From Acidobacteriota bacterium (GTDB lineage Bacteria > Acidobacteriota > UBA6911 > RPQK01 > JAJDTT01), in the NCBI GenBank assembly GCA_965263035.1, contig OZ253580.1, forward strand, positions 2,528,001 through 2,592,000: a stretch of DNA of 64,000 nucleotides. The letters run 5' to 3'. Positions within the stretch are counted from its first letter, which is position 1. The number at the start of each line of letters is the position of its first letter. The notes beneath the pieces were generated by a model. That model was not told where the DNA came from. It made no database searches and saw only the letters and a program-made list of their open reading frames with translations. Positions 38,488-47,655 of the stretch are shown here, in pieces. The position numbers and the translations under genes were made by a program.

Positions 38488-41400
38488 ATGGCCGAAACCA
38501 AGAGGAGCGGACCCGTGAGCGTGTTCTGGATTTCAGCTTGCCGTGTTTTTGTCATCCTAGCGGCCTTGGCTGCGTTGTTGGCATTGGCGCCGGAGTCGGC
38601 GGCCGCGGGGACCGAACGGAAAACAGCGACGGTGGCTCCTCCCGTGGAGCGGACGGTCGACTTTCAGACCGACGTCCTTCCCCTGTTCGAGGCCAGTTGT
38701 TTCAAGTGCCATGGGCCTGCCCTGGCCATGGGAGGACTGAGGCTGCACACCCGTCCGGACCTGTTGGCGGGCGGGGACAAGGGCGCGGCGGTGCTGGAGG
38801 GGAACAGCTCCGGCAGCCGTTTGATCCGTCTGGTGGCGGGCATGGACGACTTGAAGATGCCCCTGGACGGGGAGCCCCTCAGCCCGGAACAGGTAGGGAT
38901 CCTGCGGGCCTGGATCGATCAGGGAGTCATTTGGACCCAAGGAGCGGCGGTTTCCAACCGCCGAACTCCGGACGAAGCACCGGGCAGATCGGTTTCCGGC
39001 GAAGGCCATTGGGCTTTCGAACCGGTTCGGCAGGATCCGCCGCCCCGGGTCGCGGACAGCGATTGGGTGCGAAACGACATCGACGCCTTCGTGCTGCAGA
39101 AGCTGCGAAGTGAAGGTTTGGAGCCCTCCCCCGAAGCCGACCGGTCCACCCTGATCCGGAGACTCCATCTGGATCTCCTGGGCCTGCCTCCGACGCCGGC
39201 TCAGCGGGAGCGCTTCCTGAGCGACCGGCGTCCCTACGCCTACGAGCGGTTGCTGAACCGGGTGTTGTCGTCGCCCCACTTCGGGGAACGCTGGGCCCGG
39301 CACTGGCTGGATCTGGCCCGCTATGCCGACAGCGACGGTTTCGAGAAGGACAACGTCCGCCCCCATGCCTGGCGCTATCGCGAATGGGTCATCGACGCCT
39401 ACAACCGCGACCTTCCCTTCGACCAGTTCGTGCTGGAGCAGTTGGCGGGAGACCTGCTGCCGGGGGCCACCGTGGAGCAGAAGACGGCCACCGGATTTCA
39501 CCGCAACACGCTGACCAACACCGAGGGGGGGGTGGACCCGGAGGAATACCGGGTGGAGCAGGTGGTGGACCGGACCGACACCACGGGCCTGGTGTTCATG
39601 GGGCTCACCGTGGGCTGCGCCCGCTGCCACTCCCACAAGTACGACCCCATTTCCCACCGGGAGTACTATCAGTTCTTCTCCTTCTTCAACACCGGGATCG
39701 AGAAGAACATCCCCGCCCCGCTTCCGCGGGAGCAGGTGGCCTACCGGTTGGCGTCCCAGCAGTGGGAACGGGAGCATGGGAAGCTGCTGGCCGCCCTGGA
39801 GGAGCAACGTTCGGAGCTGAAGGAGAAGCTGGAGGGGGCGCAGGCCGTGGCTCTCTGGGAAAAGGGGTTGGACCACTCTCCCGTGGAGTGGATTCCGCTG
39901 GACCTGTCCGGCTACGCCGCTGCCGGGGGCGCCGAGTTCAGCGAAGACGAGACCGGCGCACTCCTGGTGAGCGGCAACAATCCCAAGCAGGACCGCTACA
40001 CCCTGGTGGCCAACGTCGAGCTTCGGGGCATCAACGCCATTCGGCTCGACTTTCCGACCCACGAATCCCTTCCCTCGGGCGGTCCCGGACGATCGCCGGA
40101 AGGCAACTTCGTCCTCTCCGAGCTCAAGCTCGGAGACGCCCGGCTCTCCGACCCGGTCAAGCCCACCGAGGTGCCGGTGGAGAGGGTGGTTGCCGGCTAC
40201 TCCCAGAAGGGGTTCGAGATCGAGAAGGCCGTGGACGGAGATCCCAAGACGGGTTGGAGCGTGAACGGCCCCCTGGGGCCCAACCGGGATCAGCAGGCGG
40301 TCTTCGTGACCACTCAGAGCCTGGGGCGCTACGGCGGATCGTCACTCACCCTGACCCTGGAGCAGCTCCACGGCGAGAGCCACAACATCGGCTCCCTGAG
40401 GGCCTACGTGACTCAGACGCCGCGAAAGGATCTGAAGCAGGTCTTCCCCCTGCCGGTGGAGCGGGCCTTGGCGGTGCCGGCCGGGGAGCGGAGCCCGCAG
40501 CAGCAATCCGCGGTCCTGGACTTCTACGTCGACCTGGACCCGAGTGTCGGGAACCGTCTGGCGGCGTTGGAGGGACACCGCAGGGCCCGGCCCCGTCCTC
40601 CGGGGACCATGGCCCAGACGCTGGCCCGGAACCCCGACCCGCCCCGGACCCACATTCATATGCGGGGAGATTTCCTGATTCCGGGGGAGGAGGTGTGGCC
40701 GAATACGCTTTCCGTCCTGCCGCCGCTGGAGCCGCGCGGGAAGGACCCGGACCGGCTGGATCTGGCCCTCTGGTTGACCGATCCCTCACACCCTCTGACC
40801 GCCCGGGTCGAGGTCAACCGTTTCTGGGAGCATCTCTTCGGCCGGGGACTGGTGGCTACCAGCGAGGACTTCGGCACGCGGGGTGAGAAACCGTCCCATC
40901 CCCGGCTCCTGGATTGGCTGGCCAAGGAGTTCGTGGCCGGCGGCTGGAGCCGCAAGGAACTGGTGCGATTGATCGTGACGTCGGCCGCCTACCGGCAGTC
41001 CTCCCACATCCGTCCCGAACTCATGGAGAGAGACCCGAAGAATCTGCTCCTGGCCCGCCAGAATCGTTTCCGAGTCGAGTCGGAAGCGACGCGGGACCTC
41101 TATCTGGCGGTGGCCGGACTGCTGGAGCCGCGAGTGGGCGGCAAGAGCGTCTACCCGCCGCTGCCGGCGGGAATGGCCGATCTGGGGTATGGCGGGACGG
41201 AGTGGCCCGAAAGCTCCGGGACCGGCAAGTACCGGCGGGGCCTCTACATCTTCTTTCAGCGGACCGTGCCGTACCCCATGCTCATGACCTTCGACAGTCC
41301 CGATTCCAACACCTCTTGCGTTCGCCGGATCCGGTCGAACACGCCGCTTCAGGCCCTGACGTTGCTCAACGGTCCTCTCTTCGTCGAGAGTGCCCGATCG

Positions 41401-41673
41401 CTGGGACGAAGGATTCTGGAAGAGGCCCCTTCCGGGGAAGCGGATCGGATCGGATACGCCTTTCGCCTGGCACTGGCCCGCGACCCGAACCGCCGAGAAG
41501 TGGAGATCGTCCACGAGTTGCTGGCCGAGCACCGCAGCGCCTTCGAACGGGAGCCTGAGGCCGCCGCCGAGTTCGCCGGGTCCGCCGACGGGACCGAGGC
41601 CACCGAGACGGCCGCCTGGATCGCCGCCAGCCGAATGATTCTGAATCTGGACGAGTTCCTGACCCGGGAGTGA
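38488..41673 (+). CDS. planctomycete cytochrome c / PSD1 (DUF1549-DUF1553) protein
   Basis: CFKCH, FGERWARHWLDLARYADS, CARCHSHKYDP, PSHPRLLDWLA, NLDEF. Confidence 0.92.
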   Translation: MAETKRSGPVSVFWISACRVFVILAALAALLALAPESAAAGTERKTATVAPPVERTVDFQTDVLPLFEASCFKCHGPALAMGGLRLHTRPDLLAGGDKGAAVLEGNSSGSRLIRLVAGMDDLKMPLDGEPLSPEQVGILRAWIDQGVIWTQGAAVSNRRTPDEAPGRSVSGEGHWAFEPVRQDPPPRVADSDWVRNDIDAFVLQKLRSEGLEPSPEADRSTLIRRLHLDLLGLPPTPAQRERFLSDRRPYAYERLLNRVLSSPHFGERWARHWLDLARYADSDGFEKDNVRPHAWRYREWVIDAYNRDLPFDQFVLEQLAGDLLPGATVEQKTATGFHRNTLTNTEGGVDPEEYRVEQVVDRTDTTGLVFMGLTVGCARCHSHKYDPISHREYYQFFSFFNTGIEKNIPAPLPREQVAYRLASQQWEREHGKLLAALEEQRSELKEKLEGAQAVALWEKGLDHSPVEWIPLDLSGYAAAGGAEFSEDETGALLVSGNNPKQDRYTLVANVELRGINAIRLDFPTHESLPSGGPGRSPEGNFVLSELKLGDARLSDPVKPTEVPVERVVAGYSQKGFEIEKAVDGDPKTGWSVNGPLGPNRDQQAVFVTTQSLGRYGGSSLTLTLEQLHGESHNIGSLRAYVTQTPRKDLKQVFPLPVERALAVPAGERSPQQQSAVLDFYVDLDPSVGNRLAALEGHRRARPRPPGTMAQTLARNPDPPRTHIHMRGDFLIPGEEVWPNTLSVLPPLEPRGKDPDRLDLALWLTDPSHPLTARVEVNRFWEHLFGRGLVATSEDFGTRGEKPSHPRLLDWLAKEFVAGGWSRKELVRLIVTSAAYRQSSHIRPELMERDPKNLLLARQNRFRVESEATRDLYLAVAGLLEPRVGGKSVYPPLPAGMADLGYGGTEWPESSGTGKYRRGLYIFFQRTVPYPMLMTFDSPDSNTSCVRRIRSNTPLQALTLLNGPLFVESARSLGRRILEEAPSGEADRIGYAFRLALARDPNRREVEIVHELLAEHRSAFEREPEAAAEFAGSADGTEATETAAWIAASRMILNLDEFLTRE

Positions 41674-43169
41674 AGACTATGGATTCTCCGGAAAACAGAT
41701 TGCTGGCCTCCCGCCGCGACTTCCTCACTACTTCGGCCAGCGGCCTCGGGACCGCGGCCCTGGCCTCCGTGCTGGCGGGCGAAGGGCTGCTCCAGGCGAA
41801 GCCCGACGCGGGCATCACCAACCCTCTCTTCCCCAGGCAACCCCATTTCGCGCCCACGGCCAAGTCCTGCATCTTCCTCTTCATGGCGGGCGCGCCCAGC
41901 CAGTTGGACCTCTTCGACCCCAAGCCCAAGCTCATGAAGTTGGACGGACAGCCCATGCCCGAGTCGCTGCTGGAGAAGGTGAGATTCGCCTTCATCCGCA
42001 AGGAGACAGCGGTCCTGAAGGGTTCCGGGGTCCGGTTTCGGAAGCGGGGCGAGTGCGGGATGGAGATCTCCGACCTGCTGCCCCACATCGCCGGCTGCGC
42101 CGACGATATCGCCCTGATCCGGTCCCTCCACACCGACACCTTCAACCACCATCCGGGCCAGCTCATGATGAACACGGGTGTGCCCACCTTCGGCCGGCCC
42201 TCCATGGGATCCTGGATCAATTACGGACTCGGCAGCGAGTCGGAGAACCTGCCCGGGTACGTGGTGCTCACGGCCGGCCGGGGAACCAGCGGCGGCGCTT
42301 CCAACTGGACCAGCGGATTCCTGTCCACCAACTACCAGGGCGTATTGTTTCGAAACCAGGGCGACCCGGTTCTGAACCTGACCAATCCGGCAGGACTCCC
42401 GCACGAGTGCCAGCGTCTGGGACTGGACCGGCTCCGGCAGCTCAACCAGGAGCGCTACCAGCAAACCCGGGATCCCGAGATCCATTCCCGGATCGCATCC
42501 TACGAGTTGGCCTTCCGGATGCAGTCCTCGGCGCCCGAGCTCATCGATCTCGGCGGCGAGAGCGAAAAGACGCTGGAGATGTACGGCGTGAATCGGACCG
42601 AGGAGGAATGGAAGGACAAGCCCAACCGTGGCTACCGGTCGGGAGTCTTCTCCACCTATGCTCGTAACTGCCTGCTGGCCCGGCGCCTGGTGGAGCGGGG
42701 TGTCCGCTTCGTCAACATCTATCATGCTTCCTGGGACCACCACAGCAACCTGGAAACCGGACTGGGTTTCAACTGCATGATGTGCGATCAGCCGGTGGCG
42801 GCCCTCCTGAAGGATCTCAAGCAGAGAGGGCTGCTGGACGAGACCCTGGTGATCTGGGGTGGGGAGTTCGGCCGGACTCCTCTGGGTGAGAACCGCGTGG
42901 GCCGGGAGCCGAACACGGGCCGGGATCACCATCCCTTCGCCTTCTCCATGTTCATGGCCGGGGGAGGCATCCGAGGGGGACAGGTGCTGGGCCGGACCGA
43001 CGACATCGGATGGAACCCGGTCGAGGACCCGATTCACATCAACGACCTCCACGCCACCATCCTGCATCTGTTCGGGTTGGATCACGTCCGCCTCACCCAT
43101 CGCTTCCAGGGCCGCGACTTCCGGCTGACCGACGTGGGGGGCACGGTGGTTGCGAAACTGCTGGCATGA
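41670..43169 (+). CDS. DUF1501 domain protein (Tat signal)
   Basis: SRRDFL, FMAGAPSQLDLFDPKP, WDHH, GEFGRTP, GRDHHP. Confidence 0.92.
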   Translation: MKTMDSPENRLLASRRDFLTTSASGLGTAALASVLAGEGLLQAKPDAGITNPLFPRQPHFAPTAKSCIFLFMAGAPSQLDLFDPKPKLMKLDGQPMPESLLEKVRFAFIRKETAVLKGSGVRFRKRGECGMEISDLLPHIAGCADDIALIRSLHTDTFNHHPGQLMMNTGVPTFGRPSMGSWINYGLGSESENLPGYVVLTAGRGTSGGASNWTSGFLSTNYQGVLFRNQGDPVLNLTNPAGLPHECQRLGLDRLRQLNQERYQQTRDPEIHSRIASYELAFRMQSSAPELIDLGGESEKTLEMYGVNRTEEEWKDKPNRGYRSGVFSTYARNCLLARRLVERGVRFVNIYHASWDHHSNLETGLGFNCMMCDQPVAALLKDLKQRGLLDETLVIWGGEFGRTPLGENRVGREPNTGRDHHPFAFSMFMAGGGIRGGQVLGRTDDIGWNPVEDPIHINDLHATILHLFGLDHVRLTHRFQGRDFRLTDVGGTVVAKLLA

Positions 43170-44794
43170 GCTTCCGTTTCCGCCGCCGTCTCCTGGCTCC
43201 CGCCGCCGCCGGTGCCGTTTTCCTGCTGTCGGGTTGCGCCGCGGAGGAGGAACCTGAGGCAAGGCCCGCCGGGAAGTACCGATTCATCCTCTCCAACGAC
43301 GGGGGATCAGTGGCGGGTCCCGTGCTGGAAGCTCCCATCGGAGTGGAAGGCCTGGTCAAGCTGGCTATAGAACCTCTCCGGGACACCCAGATCAACACCC
43401 TGTTCTGGCAATTGGGAACCGACCCCTACCTGGGGTCCCCGTCCCACCGGCTCTCGGACTACTACTCGCACCGGACGGAGGTGGGCCCCATCTGGGGGAC
43501 GGAGAACCCTTCCTTTCAGAGCGCCGGGCTCTGGCGCATCCGGGAGAACGCGAAACGGTTGATGGAGGCCGGAACCGACCCCGTCGCCGTGGTGGTGGAG
43601 CATGGGCACCGGGCCGGCCTGGAGGTCTTCGTCTGCATGCGGGTCAACGACATCCACGACACCCGTCTGGAGGGTGGGGTGGAGGACCCTCTCATGTCGC
43701 CCGTCAAGAAGCGGCATCCCGACTGGCTCCTGGGCGAAGAAGGCATCCGCAGGACGGCTTACAACTTCGCTCTGCCCCAGGTCCGGGAGTACAAGCTGGC
43801 CCTGGCCCGGGAAGCCATCGAGAACTACGACCTGGACGGTCTGGACTGGGACTTCTGCCGTCACCCCTTCCTCTTTCCCCAGGGGAGCGAAGCGGAGGGC
43901 GCGCCCCTTATGACCGAGCTGCTGGGTGAAATCCGGCGGGCGCTGGACGAGAAAGGGGAGCGGGTGGGCCGCCGGCTCTCCCTATCGGTGAGGGTGCCCC
44001 GCTCTCTGGACGAGGCCCTGGCGCAGGGAATGGACGTGAGGAGTTGGCTCTCGAAGGGGCTGCTGGACATCCTCATCGTCGGCTACCAGCCGGGGAACAA
44101 GCATCGTCTCCCAGTAGAGGAGTACGTGGAGGCGGCTCGGGGAACCCGCACCCGGATCGTGGCCCAGGGCCTGGGGCTCTTCCAGCAGCCCAGACCCCTC
44201 TCGGCCAAGCTCATCTGGAACGAGAAGGACTACTACACGGCCGAGATGTGCCGCGCCGTGGCCGCGGCCCACTACCGGGCCGGCGCCCAGGGGATCTTCG
44301 TGTTCAACAACCATTACCTGCAGGTGGTTCGGGATCGGCAATACGACCGCCTCCCCTGGAAGGAATTGGGGGATCCCCAGGTCATCGCCCGCAAGGACAA
44401 GCACTACCTGGCGGATCAGCAGAAGTGGGGAGCCGGCCGGCTGCCGCTGGACCTGGCGAAGGTGGGAGAAGAGGTGGAAGTCTCGCTGGACGTGGCGGAC
44501 GACTTGGAAGCGGCCAGCCGGGAAGGCGTCCTGAAATCGGCGACGCTCCGTCTTCTGGTGGACCAACTGACCCCTCAGGACCGGCTGGAGGTCACCCTGA
44601 ATGGCCGCCCCATCGGGGATCCCGACACGCAACACGTCTTTTTCAACGAGACCTGGCTCGAGTTCGCAGCGGGTCCTCCCCAGCTCAAGCAGGGCTGGAA
44701 CCGGATCGGTACCGCAGTCCGGGCCCGCAATCCCCAGATCACCAGCCCCCTCTCCCTCAAGAGCGTCGAGATTCTGGTGAAATACACGGAGTGA
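43166..44794 (+). CDS. glycoside hydrolase-like (GHL10-type TIM barrel) lipoprotein
   Basis: RRRLL...LLSGC signal; MRVNDIH, HPDWLL, YNFALPQVR, YDLDGLDWDFCRH; ATGA overlap with the DUF1501 gene. Confidence 0.75.
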   Translation: MSFRFRRRLLAPAAAGAVFLLSGCAAEEEPEARPAGKYRFILSNDGGSVAGPVLEAPIGVEGLVKLAIEPLRDTQINTLFWQLGTDPYLGSPSHRLSDYYSHRTEVGPIWGTENPSFQSAGLWRIRENAKRLMEAGTDPVAVVVEHGHRAGLEVFVCMRVNDIHDTRLEGGVEDPLMSPVKKRHPDWLLGEEGIRRTAYNFALPQVREYKLALAREAIENYDLDGLDWDFCRHPFLFPQGSEAEGAPLMTELLGEIRRALDEKGERVGRRLSLSVRVPRSLDEALAQGMDVRSWLSKGLLDILIVGYQPGNKHRLPVEEYVEAARGTRTRIVAQGLGLFQQPRPLSAKLIWNEKDYYTAEMCRAVAAAHYRAGAQGIFVFNNHYLQVVRDRQYDRLPWKELGDPQVIARKDKHYLADQQKWGAGRLPLDLAKVGEEVEVSLDVADDLEAASREGVLKSATLRLLVDQLTPQDRLEVTLNGRPIGDPDTQHVFFNETWLEFAAGPPQLKQGWNRIGTAVRARNPQITSPLSLKSVEILVKYTE

Positions 44795-44795
44795 G

Positions 44796-46643
44796 ATCGG
44801 GTCGAGTGCAGGGGATTGCGCCCCTGCACCCTCCCACACCACCGGACGTACCGTTTTCAGTATCCGGCGGTTGGAGTCACCCGAGGTCCGATGGAATGAG
44901 GAACCCATAGCGGCGCAGACGGCGGTTGCTCAGGGCCGTGTGCAGCGCTGAGTGCCGGGCGATTCGCCAGCTTCCTCGACTGCTGTGGGCCACTCGAAGC
45001 AGCGGCTCACGCACCCCCAGAGACCGCAGTCGCCGGAGACGCCCTCGCCAACCATGCCAGCGCAACCAGAAGCATTTGCGCATGTGGCGCCGGATCCAGC
45101 CTTCCAACCTCCAGACCGGACGCCGCCATTCCGCCAGCCGGTAGTATCCCCACCAGCCTCGGATGTGCTGCCGCCATTGGTCTCTCAGTCCCAGGCTGCT
45201 GAGGTTCTGTCGGGCGTCCCAGAGTTGGCGCACCCGTAACTTCAGCCGCTTCAGGCTCTCCGGGGCCACTTCGATCTGCCCCTTCCGGGTGATCCGGAAC
45301 CCCAGGAGCTTCCGCTCCCAGGGCCGGCCCACTCCAGTCTTGCGCGCGTTCACCTTCAACCGCAGATGCTTCGCGATCCACTGCGGCAGGTTCCGGACCA
45401 CTCGATCCGCCGCGGTCGCTCCCCCTACGTAGACGTTACAGTCGTCCGCGTAGCGTACGAAGCAGTACCCGCGTCTCTCCAGTTCTTTGTCCAGCGGGTC
45501 CAGGTAGAGGTTCGCCAGCAGCGGGGAGAGCGGTCCGCCTTGCGGCGTCCCCTCCCGGGCTCCCACCACCACGCCTTCCACCAGAACCCCGCTGCGCAGG
45601 TACCGGCCAATCAGTTTCAGCACCCGTTTGTCCCGGATGACGGCCCCGATTCGCCGCATCATGATGTCGTGATGCACCCGGTCAAAGAACTTCTCGATGT
45701 CCAGATCGACGACCCAGTCCCGGCCTCCCCGGACCACGTACTCCCGTGCCGCTCTCACGGCATCGTGAGTGCTGCGTCCCGGTCGGAACCCGTAGCTGTG
45801 CTCGCTGAACCCCGGTTCGAAGATCCGCCCCAGCTCCTGCAACAGCAGTTGCTGGATGAATCGATCCAGCACCGTGGGGATCCCCAGGCAGCGGACCCCA
45901 CCGTTCGGTTTCGGGATTTCCACCCGCCTCACTGGGGTCACCGCGTAGGTCCCGTCCAGCAACTTGCCACGGATTCGCGGCCAGTGCTTCTGAAGGTGTC
46001 CCTCCAGTTCGGTGGTCTTCATGCCGTCCATCCCCGGCGCCCCCCGGTTGCGGAGTACCGCTCCCAAGGCCGCCCCGTAGTTGTCCGCCGAGACCACCTG
46101 TTCCATCAGCGACTCGTACCTCTCCCTTCTTTCCGGGTCTTCGCCGCCACCGAGACTCGATCTCCGCCCTTCCGGCTTGACGGGTTCCACCCTTGGGCCT
46201 TCCGGACCCGGGCCAGAGGATCTCTCCCCGGCTCCCGTCTTCGGAGTTCTTGGCGCCTCCATTGGCGAGTCCTCCATAAGGTCGGTACGACTCCTTCGGT
46301 CCTTCGCTCCACCGGCTCTACCCGGCTTCTTCGCTACTACGACCTCTGCTGACTTCTCAAGGGCTCTCACCCTTGAGATCTCCCCGAGTAAGGTGCTGCA
46401 TCTTTCCCCCCGGGCCGCCCGGCTCTACCTGGTACGTCTGGATGGGGTTCGGGTTTCGCTGTTGCTCGCCAGCTCACCGCCCGCACCCGGCCTCGCTGCC
46501 GGTTCGTGTTCCTGCGGTCGTGGGTTTGCCTTCCGCTTCCTTCAGCTTCACCTCGCGGCTACGCCTTGCGGTTCGGCTAGGGTTGGTCCCATCACCTCCC
46601 TTGGGATCTTTCATCCCTTAGATACAGCCCATGTCGGGCGCAC
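44796..46643 (-). mobile_element. complete group II intron, class IIC (1848 nt), inserted in a REP hairpin
   Basis: 5' end GTGCGCCCGACATGGG at 46643; AAGTCAGCAGAGGTCGTAGTAG segment; short domain V AACCGCCGGATAC...GTACGTCCGGTGGTG with CGC triad; domain VI ending CCCGAT at 44796. Confidence 0.93.
44877..46262 (-). CDS. ltrA: group II intron reverse transcriptase/maturase (class C, no endonuclease domain)
   Basis: APGMDG, LGIPTVLDR, SYGFRPGRS, DIEKFFD, GTPQGGPLSPLLAN, RYADD, X domain; GGAGG RBS before ATG 46262. Confidence 0.95.
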   Translation of the reverse strand: MEAPRTPKTGAGERSSGPGPEGPRVEPVKPEGRRSSLGGGEDPERRERYESLMEQVVSADNYGAALGAVLRNRGAPGMDGMKTTELEGHLQKHWPRIRGKLLDGTYAVTPVRRVEIPKPNGGVRCLGIPTVLDRFIQQLLLQELGRIFEPGFSEHSYGFRPGRSTHDAVRAAREYVVRGGRDWVVDLDIEKFFDRVHHDIMMRRIGAVIRDKRVLKLIGRYLRSGVLVEGVVVGAREGTPQGGPLSPLLANLYLDPLDKELERRGYCFVRYADDCNVYVGGATAADRVVRNLPQWIAKHLRLKVNARKTGVGRPWERKLLGFRITRKGQIEVAPESLKRLKLRVRQLWDARQNLSSLGLRDQWRQHIRGWWGYYRLAEWRRPVWRLEGWIRRHMRKCFWLRWHGWRGRLRRLRSLGVREPLLRVAHSSRGSWRIARHSALHTALSNRRLRRYGFLIPSDLG

Positions 46644-46835
46644 GAGCGGCGGCTTTCTTGCCGCCGACAGGGGGGCAGGGGGGACGGAGTCCCCACTTTA
46701 CACTTTCACCCCTCTACACTTCCCGGCCACCGAATCGCATAGCGGCAATGAAGAGCAGGCGGCAAGAAAGTCGCCTGGCCCAGTGGGCGACAAGAAAGTC
46801 GCCCCTCCTGGCGATTAGAAATCGCCCCTCCTACG
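46644..46835. repeat. REP-like hairpin cluster forming the intron's 5' exon
   Basis: GAGCGGCGGCTTTCTTGCCGCC at 46644 and further copies at 46759-46833. Confidence 0.85.
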
Positions 46836-47631
46836 ACCGCGCGTCGGAGGCGTCGATCCTCTCGATCCCTGAAGCGTGGGTCTTCACGGCTTCCAGCACC
46901 AAGGTGCGGCCCGCCAGCAGATCCAGGCTGTGCATCGCCCGGCGTACGTCCTTGTTGGCCTCCCGCTGGCGGGGATCGGTCTCCTTGCGCATGGTCCGGA
47001 TGGAGTAGAGCCGATGGAAGGGATAGAAGAGGAGCAGCGGCCAGCAGGAGCGGCGCCAGAGGTCGGTGGTGGCTTGAGTGATCCGGAAGCCGCTGCTGTG
47101 GAGCGCGTACCGGATCTGGTAGTAGGTCATGGGGTTGATGTGGTCGAACACGGGAGTGTGGGCGAACTCGTTCAGGGGACGGGGACAGAGAGAATAGAAC
47201 CCGGTCAGAAAGTACTTCAGCCTCGAAGCCGAATTCAGGATGTTGGGAGTCGAAAGGATGAGCCTGCCCTGCCACTTGAGGATCCGGTGGCATTCCCGGA
47301 TGAAACGGAAGGGGTGCTCCAAATGCTCGATGCCTTCCAGACAGACGACGTAGTCGAACGACTCATCCGGCAAGTCCAGGGGGCGGTTCATGTCCAAACC
47401 GAGACATTCCACGCCCTCGCACTTGAAGAAGCCCGGGTCCAGGTCCGCCGCCACCGTCTGGAAACCCATTTCTCGCAGGCAGTGGGAGATTCCTCCCTCG
47501 CCTGAGGGAATGTCCAGGATCCTGCCCCTGGGCAAGTCTTCCATGAGATCCAGGACCTTGAAGAAGGTCCGTTCGTGGGCAATGACCTGAAAGCCCTCGG
47601 GTTTCTTCCGAGCTCGACTCACCGATCCCAT
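46831..47631 (-). CDS. class I SAM-dependent methyltransferase
   Basis: ILDIPSGEG, SFDYVVCLEGIEHL, LILSTPN. Confidence 0.9.
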   Translation of the reverse strand: MGSVSRARKKPEGFQVIAHERTFFKVLDLMEDLPRGRILDIPSGEGGISHCLREMGFQTVAADLDPGFFKCEGVECLGLDMNRPLDLPDESFDYVVCLEGIEHLEHPFRFIRECHRILKWQGRLILSTPNILNSASRLKYFLTGFYSLCPRPLNEFAHTPVFDHINPMTYYQIRYALHSSGFRITQATTDLWRRSCWPLLLFYPFHRLYSIRTMRKETDPRQREANKDVRRAMHSLDLLAGRTLVLEAVKTHASGIERIDASDARS

Positions 47632-47655
47632 TTCAGCACCGCCGCGAAGATGGTC

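Noticed and set aside
44877-46370. Reverse transcriptase as a retron, DGR or defence RT
   Set aside because: It has a maturase X domain and is enclosed by complete group II intron ends with domains V and VI. The TTG at 46370 lies in structured intron RNA and is unlikely to be the start.
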